A DNA stretch of 62,686 nt, counting the filler. It is 4 parts of 4 records of this genome, joined end to end, with 100 filler letters (N's around TTAATTAATTAA, not from the genome) between each part and the next. Parts side by side here need not be neighbours in the genome. Positions count along the whole stretch, not along the records: positions 15,065 to 33,167 come from SRR31156797_669; 3 more parts are not named here. One strand, given 5' to 3'. Under the pieces are notes generated by a model. The model was not told the origin of the DNA. It did no database searches and was given only the letters and a program-made list of their open reading frames with translations. This document shows positions 19,177 to 30,087 of this stretch, piece by piece. The position numbers and the translations under genes were made by a program. Each line of letters begins with the position of its first letter. Position 1 is the first letter of the stretch.

Positions 19177-20373
19177 CTATCTCAGAAAGGTTTCTGCTTG
19201 TTTAATTGGTAAAGGAGGAATTTTTGAAAGCATCCCTGAAGAAATATCATCTAAGACTTTTATAAACAGCTCTTTGTCTTCATGATTAGTTAAAATATGA
19301 GTTTGTATAAAAAGTGTTTCTATCGTATTATTAATGAATTCAGTTTCTCTATACTGATTACGTACAATTTCATTCGCATTTCTTAATTTTTCAAACTGGT
19401 TTTTATGATTAGTTTTTATGATTTCCAAGGAATTAGCTTTTAGATAAAGAAATTGATTAACCTCTTCAATAAAAATACCAGCAGATTCTTTCGCTTCAGA
19501 AAAATATTTTTCTCTCGCAATATTAAATTCGTTCTCTAAATGCCTAAAAGCTCTTAAATATTGTCTATTTACTTCATTTGTATAATTAAGGTACTTCTTT
19601 TCTAATTCATTCTTGTGTTGTAGCAAATTAGACTCAATTTTTTCAAGTGCCCTCTTCCTGGCAGAATATTCAGATAAACAACCAAGAGCTCCACAAAATG
19701 GAATTAAGTTTTTAAATGAAAACTTAAATTCATCCATCGAACCTACAACATCAATGTATTTATAAATGCTTTGGGTATCTTCAAATTTATTGTTTAAAGA
19801 GTTAATATCTCGTTTCACTCTATTTAATCCCGAATTTTTAGCATTGAATACAATACCAGTTCCTATCAAAGCTCCAAGTGCCCCGCCAATGACAGTTCCA
19901 ACTGGACCAAATATTGTTCCAGCAGAAGCACCCATCCCAATAGCTCCAGATGCAAGAGAAAAAGCACTTGCTCCAAGTGCACTTGTTCCTGACACTATAA
20001 CGCTACTAAATGAATTTGACATCAATTGATCAGCATCAATGTTACCTATAGAATACTGAAATAGAGATTTAGTGAAGGAATACATAATGCTTGCAGTTCC
20101 CATTACGGTGTTCTTGAACAATTCATTTAGATTTTCTCCAATTAGCTCTTCAGCTTGATTTAATACGGCATGATGCAAAGAATGATCTATACTTGTAATT
20201 ACGAGATTTTGTATTTTATCAATAAAATCCTCTCTTCCATTTGTTGAATCACAAATGTTAATTACTTCTGGCACCATACTAATAATAGAATTTCCAATAA
20301 AGTTCTCCTTTAAATCATCAATTAAAGTGTTTTGATTCGTATCGTATTTTGAGGAAAAGAAATTATTTGACAT
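19177..20373 (-). CDS. Glycine-zipper membrane-inserting protein with coiled-coil C-terminus
   Basis: SGAIGMGASAGTIFGPVGTVIGGALGALIGTG hairpin plus a second short hydrophobic segment LIPFCGALGCL. Confidence 0.75.
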   Translation of the reverse strand: MSNNFFSSKYDTNQNTLIDDLKENFIGNSIISMVPEVINICDSTNGREDFIDKIQNLVITSIDHSLHHAVLNQAEELIGENLNELFKNTVMGTASIMYSFTKSLFQYSIGNIDADQLMSNSFSSVIVSGTSALGASAFSLASGAIGMGASAGTIFGPVGTVIGGALGALIGTGIVFNAKNSGLNRVKRDINSLNNKFEDTQSIYKYIDVVGSMDEFKFSFKNLIPFCGALGCLSEYSARKRALEKIESNLLQHKNELEKKYLNYTNEVNRQYLRAFRHLENEFNIAREKYFSEAKESAGIFIEEVNQFLYLKANSLEIIKTNHKNQFEKLRNANEIVRNQYRETEFINNTIETLFIQTHILTNHEDKELFIKVLDDISSGMLSKIPPLPIKQAETFLR

Positions 20374-20391
20374 GGTTGATTATTAACTAAC

Positions 20392-20666
20392 CAAATTTAC
20401 AGAAAAGTTAATCATAATGTTATTTTTTAATATGTTTTTCTAAATTTAATTAGGCCATCCTATTTTGCTCCCAGGTAAAGCTACACCGGCATTCTAGAGT
20501 TCATCTGTTTAACTCCGGTATTCTCGTTCAATTAAAACACAAGGAGATAGAATTTAGTTTAGTAACTCTCTTTTATTAAACAAACTTTTTGCAAAGATAG
20601 AATCTATTATGAAAACGTTAATGTGCTCATCACTATTAGTGATTGAAATTCATATATTTATGTTTG
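20392..20666. promoter_or_regulatory. Divergent promoter region with Bacteroidota-type -7 boxes
   Basis: TAnnTTTG on the minus strand at 20392-20399 and 20592-20599 and on the plus strand at 20659-20666; palindrome ATCACTA-T-TAGTGAT at 20629-20643. Confidence 0.5.
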
Positions 20667-20749
20667 ATTTTAATTAAGATTTTACTATGTTAGAATTCTA
20701 ATCCCAATTGTTAAAAACTAAAAAGCTAAAAATTAAACCTTGACCATAC

Positions 20750-22531
20750 ATGAGATATCTCCAAGAATTAGAAAACTTGAAAATATATTCTGATAATAAT
20801 AAAATCGAATTACAGGAAAAAGAAATTTTAGAGAATACTATAATTAATCTTCTGGAGCAAGATATTAGTTTATTTAGAAATGTGCTATATAAGAATATTG
20901 CAAAACTTGCAATGAAATTAGAGATAAGCTCGAAAATTAATAACAGCATTAAGAACAAAAAACATGCTGAAGTTGAACTATTAAGCTTTGTTCTATCTCA
21001 ATTAAAAAGACAAAACTCACAGAAGAGCTTTTCTAAAAGTGTCATTGCAAAGTTAAGATTTGATGATGAATGGTTGAATTTATTTTTTGAAGCCTCATTT
21101 ATTTATCCGAAGAATGAACTAATAAAAATAGTATTAAATGAAATTTTGAATATTTGTAAATACAAAGACTTACAATTATTATTTTCTCTCGTAAAGCTGT
21201 GCCAGTATCAAAATGATGTGGATATTCTAGACCGTACGATTAAAATCATACTCAACAAAATTGGACCCGAAGAGATTTATAACGTTGAATTCTTACATTG
21301 GTTATATGTCAATGGTATATCTGATCATTTCAATAGTCATACAAAGAGAATATTAGCTGCTCCATTTCCAAAATCCCAAAACGTAATAGAGGTAGTTAAC
21401 TTTTATGTTAAGAATGAAGAATGGGAATTAACTATAAAAATATGTCATAAAATATTGTTTTGTAAAAGATTAGACATAGAACCAGAAATTGTATTATTTG
21501 CTAGTTCTAAAATTATTTATGCATATATAAAACTGAAGGATTTTGATAAGATTGAACCAATTTATAGCAAGTATTGGGAAAATAAAAAGGATGAATTTCC
21601 TTATATTAAAGAACTTGTTACGTCATGCCATTTGATTGAATCAGGTGAAGATATTCTAAAAGACCTATGTACCAAGGATTATGGATTCAAAGAGGTTGAA
21701 CAATCATACCAAAAAGCAATTATTGCTAAAAAACTAGAATATCAAAAAGACTGGAAGAAAGCATTGGGTTTTTGGCAAGAAGTTATTGAAGATGAGCCAG
21801 AAAATCCGGCATATTTACGGTTTATATCTCTAAACATTATTCAAAGTCAATCTAGACCTCGTAAAGCAAAAATATACGGTGAACAATTATCCAGAATTGA
21901 AGGATATGATAAACTGGGATGTGCAGTTGTTGCATTATCCAATAGAGGACGTTACAATGAGCTCGTGAATGATGTTTTGAATAATGGGTTATATCTTGAA
22001 ACTGGAGATATAGTATATGATATGTTAATTCAAGATTTCATTCCAATAATATGGAATTTAAAAAATAAATGGGATGATTTTTTAAGATTAAAAATTATTA
22101 ATGAGAAGGGAATGATAATTCATGAAAAATTGAAGAAACGGGTTGATTTTACGAATAAATACCTAATTGGGAATTATAATGAACTAACGTCAATTTTAAA
22201 TAATACGAAGGCTACTTCTGATGATATTAAGCGTTTTGTGCAAATATTCAATGCATTGATCCGAATTGATCTGAAAACATCTCATCTAAGAGCATTATTA
22301 AAAATCTTAAATACAGCAGAGATAAAACAAGGTTTTTTCAAAAGAGATGAATTTGAAGATTATCAGTTATCAGAGGTACGATCTCTGAGAAATTCTTTTT
22401 TATGGTTACTAGCTAAAAGAGCTGAATATGAATACAAACAAAAAGGAATTAAAGACAAACAGTTAGAAATTGAAATTTCAAGTTTGGAATTAAATAATGC
22501 TGAGTCGGTATTTAGAAAAATAAATATTTAA
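20750..22531 (+). CDS. Helical-repeat/TPR-like hypothetical protein
   Basis: 593-aa ORF; TPR-like KDWKKALGFWQEVIEDEPENP. Confidence 0.7.
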   Translation: MRYLQELENLKIYSDNNKIELQEKEILENTIINLLEQDISLFRNVLYKNIAKLAMKLEISSKINNSIKNKKHAEVELLSFVLSQLKRQNSQKSFSKSVIAKLRFDDEWLNLFFEASFIYPKNELIKIVLNEILNICKYKDLQLLFSLVKLCQYQNDVDILDRTIKIILNKIGPEEIYNVEFLHWLYVNGISDHFNSHTKRILAAPFPKSQNVIEVVNFYVKNEEWELTIKICHKILFCKRLDIEPEIVLFASSKIIYAYIKLKDFDKIEPIYSKYWENKKDEFPYIKELVTSCHLIESGEDILKDLCTKDYGFKEVEQSYQKAIIAKKLEYQKDWKKALGFWQEVIEDEPENPAYLRFISLNIIQSQSRPRKAKIYGEQLSRIEGYDKLGCAVVALSNRGRYNELVNDVLNNGLYLETGDIVYDMLIQDFIPIIWNLKNKWDDFLRLKIINEKGMIIHEKLKKRVDFTNKYLIGNYNELTSILNNTKATSDDIKRFVQIFNALIRIDLKTSHLRALLKILNTAEIKQGFFKRDEFEDYQLSEVRSLRNSFLWLLAKRAEYEYKQKGIKDKQLEIEISSLELNNAESVFRKINI

Positions 22532-22548
22532 AATATAAAAATGCTATT

Positions 22549-23220
22549 ATGGAAATGTACTTACTTATTATTCTGGCTGTTTTGCAAGCAGGGACAACAG
22601 GTGTTTTAATTGCGATATTACGTCAACGTTCAATTGAAAAAACACTCGCCCAGGTAGACGCGAATACAGAAGCATTAGAAAATGCTTTAAACAAACATAG
22701 GTCTTCAATAAATAAACTGCCTGCAGATATACACAACACATTTTCTAAGGAAGTTCGAGAAGGACTAGAACCTTTAATGAAGTCTGTGATTTTATTGAAA
22801 GAACAAACCGTTGATGCTTTTAATAAAAAAGCTTTTGCATTAGAAGAGAATAATAGAAAGTTTCATGCTTTGCTAAGTCATGTTGCAGATTTAGATAAAA
22901 TGCCAAGTTGGTTGAGCAAAATTGAGGATTCTATTCAACCACTTGTTGTTGTTAGTAATGAAATAATTCAGGTTCAAAAGGATAACAGAGCAATTTTTGA
23001 TAGTACCAGTAGTTTAATCAAGGATTATGGTGAAAAAGGTGATAAGGTTTTAGAATCATATATGAACCTTAAGAACATTATTGATGAATGGGCAAATGAA
23101 GAAAGAATATCACGAATTAAATTTTCTGAAACAGTGGATGATCATTTGAAAGAGTTTAATAAGCTCAATGCGTCAATAAAAATGAATCTAGAAAAGTTAA
23201 TTGAAGTAGAAAAGACTTAA
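22549..23220 (+). CDS. Membrane-anchored coiled-coil protein
   Basis: N-terminal TM (YLLIILAVLQAGTTGVLIAIL) followed by heptad-rich helices. Confidence 0.75.
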   Translation: MEMYLLIILAVLQAGTTGVLIAILRQRSIEKTLAQVDANTEALENALNKHRSSINKLPADIHNTFSKEVREGLEPLMKSVILLKEQTVDAFNKKAFALEENNRKFHALLSHVADLDKMPSWLSKIEDSIQPLVVVSNEIIQVQKDNRAIFDSTSSLIKDYGEKGDKVLESYMNLKNIIDEWANEERISRIKFSETVDDHLKEFNKLNASIKMNLEKLIEVEKT

Positions 23221-23289
23221 TTGATTTTCTAATGGTTTATTAAACTTATGTTATTGAATTCTTTATAGCCTAAATTTTTCAAAGAACAA

Positions 23290-26200
23290 ATGAAAACAGA
23301 ATCTCTAATTGAAATTAATAAACATATTAGACGACTAACGTATAATGTTAGCCTGAAAGAGAAAGTTGAAGCTCTAGACAAAATCTTAGAAACTGAAATA
23401 ATCAACGATAAAACTGTTTCAGCTGTTCTGATTGCTCTTGACGATAAATCAAAAAGTGATGTGTTAAGAGAATATGGGTTGTCGGCCATAAATGCAATGT
23501 TAAGCTCAGCAAAATCTCCAGAACAGAAAGATTGTATAATGCAACATCTTATATCTAGAATATTTGGCAGGTATAATGATGAAACTATAATAGGTTATGA
23601 AGAATTGTTTAATGGATTGGTTAGTATCATTGAAAGTAACATTGATGAAATGGATCATCTTTTTGTATGGTTAATGCAAGAAGTAAACAAAGTTCAAGAA
23701 ATTAATTATAAAAGCGATAAGTTACCTAACCAAGTTGCAAAGTTTTTCGAAACAGAACACCAAAATAAATCACTAAGATCAAAACAAGTTTTTGAAAACT
23801 TATCAAATGATAGACATTTTATAACCTTGATGGATAATACAACTCCTATTAACACTTTACAATCTACTTTGAAGTTAATAGGTGAACGGGAATTGTGTAA
23901 TATTGAATTTAATCTCATTGCTGCTCATTTAAGTCCTATTATTAATTTAAAAGATGAAACAGCAACAAATGTTATTTCTACCGCATTAATAAACATTGAG
24001 AAATGGGCTAAAGAATTTCCTTTCAGATTAGATGATATAAGAAATCAAAGAAATATTGTGTACAACTGGTTAAATAATCCAGAAGACCATGCCTTAGATA
24101 AAAATACTTTGAAGCAAATAGGTATGAATACTCTATTTGTTCCTAACTTAATTGAAGCTCTTAAACGAAAAGGTAACTCGGTTCCAACAATAAAACAACT
24201 ATTTATTGTTTTAAGCTACTTTAATAATATTCGAAACTGGAATAATGATTGTGAACGGATCAGACAAATTTGTGGTTTTATTTTAAACGATGAGAAATTT
24301 CGGAACGAAAGGGGTTTTCCATATTTTGAAGCTATTGAATTTCTGAACAGTCAACTTACAGGTTTGGATTTATATCAACCACCAAGTATTAAAAATGATA
24401 ATGAAACTCAGCATGAGGTGCAAAGAAAAAGGACTTTAATCAATCGAAACCTAAAGGCTGACAAGATAATTAAAGAAACACTTCTTTCTATATCCAAAAA
24501 CCAAAACCTTTCAGAAGAGATACGCTTGAAAGCATGGTATGTTATAATTTCTACAATTCCTCCTGATTTAATAGAAATATTGAATGGGAGCATAAACAAT
24601 ATTGAATCAAATCGAAAAATATTAAAAGGAACCTTAAAAAAATTATCCAAAATTCACTCAATAAGCAGTTTTTCCATCTTGGAAGATCTTTGGGCGAATA
24701 GAAAGAAGTATGATGTTTCTACATCGAAACAAATAGCCGAAGCATTAGGAGCGGTTGGAACATATGAAATTGTTCCATTATTATTACCAGTAGTATACGA
24801 GATAAGTGAACCTGAATTAGGACAGTATGTAAAGAATATTTTGATTGAGCAGGGCTATTCTGCTGAGATTGAAAAAGAGAATAATAGAATAAAGATATTA
24901 GAATTACAAAAACAAGGAAAGGAAGCCGCAACAAATGTAGTCAATAATGATAAGAAATTTAAAACCTTATATCAAAACATTAAAACTAAACAAGCCGATT
25001 TTACCAATGCTTCCTACAAATTGAATGTTTCAGTAAATGTACTTGATACTTTCACAATCGACAAGAAAATTGAGTTAGCAGATACATCATTAGATTTAGC
25101 GAAAATAAAAGGCAAATTAAACATCTTATTAGAAAGAATTAGCGAATTAGAATCTGAAATGCGGGGGTTGAATTTGCAGTTGACAGAGAAAGTTGATGTC
25201 TCAAAGAATATGTTGACCCAAGTAAGACATACAGAAAGTGATATAACTCGTAAAAATGTTGAACTAAAAAAAGAAAAAGCAAACCTACTTGTGTCTAAAG
25301 ATAATCTAAGCAATTTAAAATCAGAAGAAGAAGAAAGTAGATACACGTTAAAACGATTAGAAAGTGAGATTTATGATGTTAAGTCAAAAATTTCTTCAAT
25401 AGAAAGTGAACGGTCAAATTTAAATTCTAATGAAAATTTCATTAAGGATCAAATTTATAGATTGGAAAGGCAAACTAGAGAAGACGATGACGATGGGTAT
25501 AATAGGTATAACACATATACGCAAAATGAGTTGTCTTCTTATAGAATGAAGCTTCGCGAATTGAAGCAAGAGATCTCCACAATAACATATAATCTAAATA
25601 GGATAAGAGAAAAAAACAAAAAGCTTGACGGAAAAATTAAATCAGAAACTACAAGAATAAGCAATATAGAAAGAGATATTCAAAACGCAATTAGAGATAT
25701 AAATAGTTGCAACGAACATATTAACCAACTACAGATTGACATTAAGAGTTTAACCGATAAGCATAATGGTTTAAGAAAAAAGATTAACGTAGTAAATTCA
25801 GATATTGAGGTATACAAAATGAAAATTGAAACGCAGAATAGATCTGTTGGTTACCTTAAACAAGAAATGCAATTCTTAAGGAATGAACTTAGTAAAGTGA
25901 AACAGCATCAAAACTCAATTAATGAGAGTCGAGATAAAGAGTCAGCTTTTATTGATAAGAATATTGAAAATTGGCATAATAAAGCAAAAGATTTAACACA
26001 AAGCTTGCACAAATTAAATAATGAGTTTTTAAATACTGAAAATAAATTACAGGACTTCATGACGAAAAAACAAAAGATTACAAATCAAATAGAAATAGAA
26101 AGAGGTCACTTTGAACAGTTGGGAGATAAATGTATTGTAGAATCAAATGCATCTAATGCTAAAAATGAACATCGAGGAACGGTAACAATTAATCAAAGTA

Positions 26201-26316
26201 GAGAAAGAGATGAATCACGTTTATTTCGAGAAATAACCTTTCAACGTGCAATTAGTGAGTTTCAAAATCGATATCCGGAAACAACAAAAATAATTAGACA
26301 GATAAAATCGAAATAA
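23290..26316 (+). CDS. 1008-aa HEAT-like plus very long coiled-coil protein
   Basis: HEAT-like IAEALGAVGTYEIVPLLLP; roughly 400-aa coiled coil with a central EDDDDGYNRYNTY break. Confidence 0.75.
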   Translation: MKTESLIEINKHIRRLTYNVSLKEKVEALDKILETEIINDKTVSAVLIALDDKSKSDVLREYGLSAINAMLSSAKSPEQKDCIMQHLISRIFGRYNDETIIGYEELFNGLVSIIESNIDEMDHLFVWLMQEVNKVQEINYKSDKLPNQVAKFFETEHQNKSLRSKQVFENLSNDRHFITLMDNTTPINTLQSTLKLIGERELCNIEFNLIAAHLSPIINLKDETATNVISTALINIEKWAKEFPFRLDDIRNQRNIVYNWLNNPEDHALDKNTLKQIGMNTLFVPNLIEALKRKGNSVPTIKQLFIVLSYFNNIRNWNNDCERIRQICGFILNDEKFRNERGFPYFEAIEFLNSQLTGLDLYQPPSIKNDNETQHEVQRKRTLINRNLKADKIIKETLLSISKNQNLSEEIRLKAWYVIISTIPPDLIEILNGSINNIESNRKILKGTLKKLSKIHSISSFSILEDLWANRKKYDVSTSKQIAEALGAVGTYEIVPLLLPVVYEISEPELGQYVKNILIEQGYSAEIEKENNRIKILELQKQGKEAATNVVNNDKKFKTLYQNIKTKQADFTNASYKLNVSVNVLDTFTIDKKIELADTSLDLAKIKGKLNILLERISELESEMRGLNLQLTEKVDVSKNMLTQVRHTESDITRKNVELKKEKANLLVSKDNLSNLKSEEEESRYTLKRLESEIYDVKSKISSIESERSNLNSNENFIKDQIYRLERQTREDDDDGYNRYNTYTQNELSSYRMKLRELKQEISTITYNLNRIREKNKKLDGKIKSETTRISNIERDIQNAIRDINSCNEHINQLQIDIKSLTDKHNGLRKKINVVNSDIEVYKMKIETQNRSVGYLKQEMQFLRNELSKVKQHQNSINESRDKESAFIDKNIENWHNKAKDLTQSLHKLNNEFLNTENKLQDFMTKKQKITNQIEIERGHFEQLGDKCIVESNASNAKNEHRGTVTINQSRERDESRLFREITFQRAISEFQNRYPETTKIIRQIKSK

Positions 26317-26317
26317 G

Positions 26318-27355
26318 ATGAGTAAAAGAGTTACTATAGAAGCAAAGATCCAAGAAGGTGAAATGGCTAAAAGAGAAAAGGAGCGAAGAGAGGCGGCCGA
26401 ACGGGCAAGAAGAAAGGCGGAAATTGAAAAAGAAAAATGTAGAGCAGCAAAAAACCAGTTTTTAAACGATCTTCAAGATCAAACAAAAGAAATTGCTAAC
26501 CAACAAAAAAGACTAAATACAATTCTTTGTAGCAGTAAAAGTCTGGAAGGTGATATTAATTACAAGCTAAATAAAGTAAAAGGTTCTCAAGTAGAATTAA
26601 ACAATATTGAAGATGCCATTGAGTCAGGAAATCAACAACTTCAAAGATTGAAGAAGTTTGAAGAGAAACTAAATTCTGATATTAAGAATTTAATTAAAGA
26701 TACTGCACAGACAAAAGAAGATGCCAAAATTTCTCAATCCAATTGGATGAAAGAATTGAATAATCTAAAAGATAATAGTGAATATTTGTCTAATGTTCAA
26801 AAAACTGGAGATGATGTATTCGGCAATCTAAAAAAGGCTGTATGTAATTCAAAAGAGATTGTAAATAATATTGAGAAGCAAGAAGCGATAATTACGCAAA
26901 AGTTTAATGATATAAGTAAGATCGAGACTGAATACAATAAGGCAATTACACAGCTTTCTTTTATCGACAATAATAAATCATTTGGATTATCGGCATTTAC
27001 TACTCTACAATCATTAACAAGAAACAACTATCGGTTAAGTGATGTAGTAAATGATGGAGATTTGAAAGCATGGTTTGAAAAAGTGGATGAGGATGGAAAG
27101 AGAAAAAAGGTATTTGTGAAAATATCAAAAGCTTATCATGAGTCAGATGAATGGTTGGAAGAGCTTACAGTATTTGATGGATTCAAATCTGATGAATGCA
27201 TAGATGAGAATGATAATATAATTGAGGAATTGGAAAACTTAGGTGTTAGATATAAGATATCTTCTTCGAAATACCCATTTACTCATAAGCAAATTGAAAA
27301 AGTATGGATAAATCCCACAAGTATGATAAATAACCAAAGAAAACAAACTAACTAA
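26318..27355 (+). CDS. Coiled-coil protein with small C-terminal alpha/beta domain (DUF2997-reminiscent)
   Basis: Charged N-terminal helix; C-terminal FDGFKSDEC...IIEELENLGV. Confidence 0.65.
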   Translation: MSKRVTIEAKIQEGEMAKREKERREAAERARRKAEIEKEKCRAAKNQFLNDLQDQTKEIANQQKRLNTILCSSKSLEGDINYKLNKVKGSQVELNNIEDAIESGNQQLQRLKKFEEKLNSDIKNLIKDTAQTKEDAKISQSNWMKELNNLKDNSEYLSNVQKTGDDVFGNLKKAVCNSKEIVNNIEKQEAIITQKFNDISKIETEYNKAITQLSFIDNNKSFGLSAFTTLQSLTRNNYRLSDVVNDGDLKAWFEKVDEDGKRKKVFVKISKAYHESDEWLEELTVFDGFKSDECIDENDNIIEELENLGVRYKISSSKYPFTHKQIEKVWINPTSMINNQRKQTN

Positions 27356-27359
27356 TGTA

Positions 27360-27971
27360 ATGTCAAATTTCGTATATTCTTTAATATCCATTGCTCAAAG
27401 CACCTATGAAAATTTCAGAAGTTTACTTTCCATGTCCAAGGAAAATTTGTCAAATATACTTTTATTAAAAGAACAATCTGAAGATTTGGTTAGATCGGTA
27501 GATTTTTCATTGGATGCCTCTGATAATGATTTTGTTAAGTTGAAAAAGAATGATACTCGCATTGAAGATTTGTATTCAGAAATTGAAATAATGCAAAAGC
27601 AAATTGAACAAGAAAAGTCAAAGTTAAATGAATTTGAAAATGAACATAATCGTAATAGAATTCTATTAGCAAATGATATAAACAACCTAGATTCATTAGA
27701 GCATAATCCCACGGAAATTTATAATGACGAGGAATTATTAAAATGGATCGAAGAAGCAAAAGACAAGAATCGCGATGTTTTAAAAATTGATCGGGCATTT
27801 TATGAAGACGAATCTTGGATAGAATTTGAAGAATTTGATAAAAAAATTAGCCTAGAAAATCAAGTACAGATCGAGAAGCTTAAAGAAGATCTGTCAGAAG
27901 AAGAGAGTCAATTAACAAAGACTTCATCAACAGATACAAAGAACCTAAGAGATAAAAAAATAACTGAATAA
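27360..27971 (+). CDS. Acidic coiled-coil hypothetical protein
   Basis: 203-aa ORF tightly spaced in the operon. Confidence 0.7.
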   Translation: MSNFVYSLISIAQSTYENFRSLLSMSKENLSNILLLKEQSEDLVRSVDFSLDASDNDFVKLKKNDTRIEDLYSEIEIMQKQIEQEKSKLNEFENEHNRNRILLANDINNLDSLEHNPTEIYNDEELLKWIEEAKDKNRDVLKIDRAFYEDESWIEFEEFDKKISLENQVQIEKLKEDLSEEESQLTKTSSTDTKNLRDKKITE

Positions 27972-27973
27972 TT

Positions 27974-30079
27974 ATGATACCAAAATGGTTGAAAAAAAAA
28001 TTGGAGTTCCAAAGCTTTCAAAATGATTTTATAAATCATCTTGATGATTTGTATGAAGACTGTCTTACAGAAGCAATATGGGAAAAAAATTTTCCTGATG
28101 AAGAGCTCCCAAATTGGTTTAAAGAGGTTTGTGATAAAAACTTCTTTTCAAGTTGGATTTACTCTTTTTTAAAGAATGGAGACGAAGAATTAGTCGAATT
28201 ATGGTTGAAAAATGGATTATTAAAGGATGACCCAATATGGCTTGATGAATTGATTCAGAAACACCAAAATGATGTTGCCAGGGTTTTTTTAGTTTCAGGA
28301 AATGTCAATGATTACTCTTTTAGTCCATTAAAAGGATATATGCCGATCATAGACTTGATTGAAGAAACTATACGACAAAATGGGCAGGTTGTAATTCGAT
28401 ATAGTTTGTCAAATCACTTTGGAAACATAAGAGAGTTAGAAAAATACAACAGAAATAACGAACCAACAAAGAAGCTGAAAACATTTCTTGAAGGTGCAAA
28501 TAATGGAAACAATTCAACTCAGGTTCAGATTTGGCAAAGAATTCAACAGGACTTTGAATTTATTAATGATTTGCTCAAAGGGAGATCTAATGAAGGGGTT
28601 TGTTTAATTGTGGAGCATGCAGATATGCTTTTCCCTAATGAGGCCCGGGAGTTAGAAAGGAACGCGTTAGTAGAATTTTTGTTGAACTGGGCAGTAGCTC
28701 CGTGGATGTATCAAAGCAAAAATCAAGTAATATTAACAACTGAAGCAGTCAACGAGATAAGTAATAATTTGAAATCTCAAACTAATAAAATTGAAATAAT
28801 TAATATAAAGCGACCAGATACGATTGAAGAAAGACTGAAATTTTTAATCAGTGTTTACGCATGTGAAAATCCAGAAGTAAGGAATCAGGATAATATACGA
28901 ATTATGACGGGATTTGAGTTTCCTGATTTTCCTGAATTAGGGCAAAATGGTAAGCATTATATTAACAGGCGTAATGTTGGATTGAATAATACTGCTGAAA
29001 AGTCTTCTGGATTAAACTACCTCGGTATTGAGGATTTACTGCTACAAACAAGAAATAATAAAGGCAAATTATCAATTAGCACAATTACCAATGTAAAAGG
29101 TAAGATCTTGCAAGAAGAAAGTTCAGGATTGATTGAATTGCTGGAAACGGATAAAACGTTTAATGATGTTGGTGGATTTGACTCTATAAAGAATAGGCTG
29201 TCAGCAATTAGTGATGCGATGTTAAGTAACAATGGATTGAGCCTGATAACAAGAACAATTCCAATGGGAATTTTGTTTCTGGGACCTCCAGGTACAGGAA
29301 AAACTTTGATTGCTAAGGCTTTTGCAAACATGTGCAATACAAATTTTGTAAAATTGGGTGATTTCAGATCCATGTGGGTCGGTCAATCAGAAAGAAACCT
29401 TGGAAAAGCTTTAGATTTAATTCGTTCACTTAGTCCTGTTATAGTTTTTATTGATGAAATTGATCAATCTGAAGGCTCCCGTGGTGAATCTGGTGATAGT
29501 GGTGTTGGTAAAAGAATCTTCTCTAAGTTATTACAATTTATGAGTGATACATCACTTAGAGGAAAGGTTTTGTGGATTGCCGCAAGTAACAGGCCTGATT
29601 TGATTGATGCAGCCTTAAAACGGGCTGGTCGTTTTGATATGACAGTTCCTTTCTTTTTGCCAGATAGAGATGCAAGATTAGAAATACTGAGAATTCATTT
29701 TAACTCTGAAGAAATCGACATTAGTTCAATAACTAATGATGAATGGAATAGTATAGTCTTAAAAACGAAGGGTTTTACTGGTGCGGAGTTGGAGGTTGTT
29801 GCAAATGAAGCAATAAGAAGGGTGGTTGATGAAGATAATTATAAATCATCCCAAATTGTAATTGAAAGTCAACATATAATCCAAGTTTGGAACAACTATA
29901 AACCAACAATGAATAGAAGTACCTATTATAAAATGATGGCTCTGGCCCTACAAGATATTACGTTTGTAGATTCTTTACCAAAAGAATACCAGAACATAAG
30001 GATAAGATTAGTTAAAGATCCTGATTTAATTAATGGTAACGATCAGGTACTGGAACAGTTATTCTCGGAAATTAAATAG
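27974..30079 (+). CDS. Tandem AAA+ ATPase (inactive N-terminal plus active classical AAA domain; Cdc48/Vps4/Ycf46-like)
   Basis: GPPGTGKT, pore loop MWVG, IVFIDE, SRH ASNRPDLIDAALKRAGRFD; degenerate N-domain VSGNVND / IVEHADMLFP. Confidence 0.92.
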   Translation: MIPKWLKKKLEFQSFQNDFINHLDDLYEDCLTEAIWEKNFPDEELPNWFKEVCDKNFFSSWIYSFLKNGDEELVELWLKNGLLKDDPIWLDELIQKHQNDVARVFLVSGNVNDYSFSPLKGYMPIIDLIEETIRQNGQVVIRYSLSNHFGNIRELEKYNRNNEPTKKLKTFLEGANNGNNSTQVQIWQRIQQDFEFINDLLKGRSNEGVCLIVEHADMLFPNEARELERNALVEFLLNWAVAPWMYQSKNQVILTTEAVNEISNNLKSQTNKIEIINIKRPDTIEERLKFLISVYACENPEVRNQDNIRIMTGFEFPDFPELGQNGKHYINRRNVGLNNTAEKSSGLNYLGIEDLLLQTRNNKGKLSISTITNVKGKILQEESSGLIELLETDKTFNDVGGFDSIKNRLSAISDAMLSNNGLSLITRTIPMGILFLGPPGTGKTLIAKAFANMCNTNFVKLGDFRSMWVGQSERNLGKALDLIRSLSPVIVFIDEIDQSEGSRGESGDSGVGKRIFSKLLQFMSDTSLRGKVLWIAASNRPDLIDAALKRAGRFDMTVPFFLPDRDARLEILRIHFNSEEIDISSITNDEWNSIVLKTKGFTGAELEVVANEAIRRVVDEDNYKSSQIVIESQHIIQVWNNYKPTMNRSTYYKMMALALQDITFVDSLPKEYQNIRIRLVKDPDLINGNDQVLEQLFSEIK

Positions 30080-30087
30080 TCGTAGAC

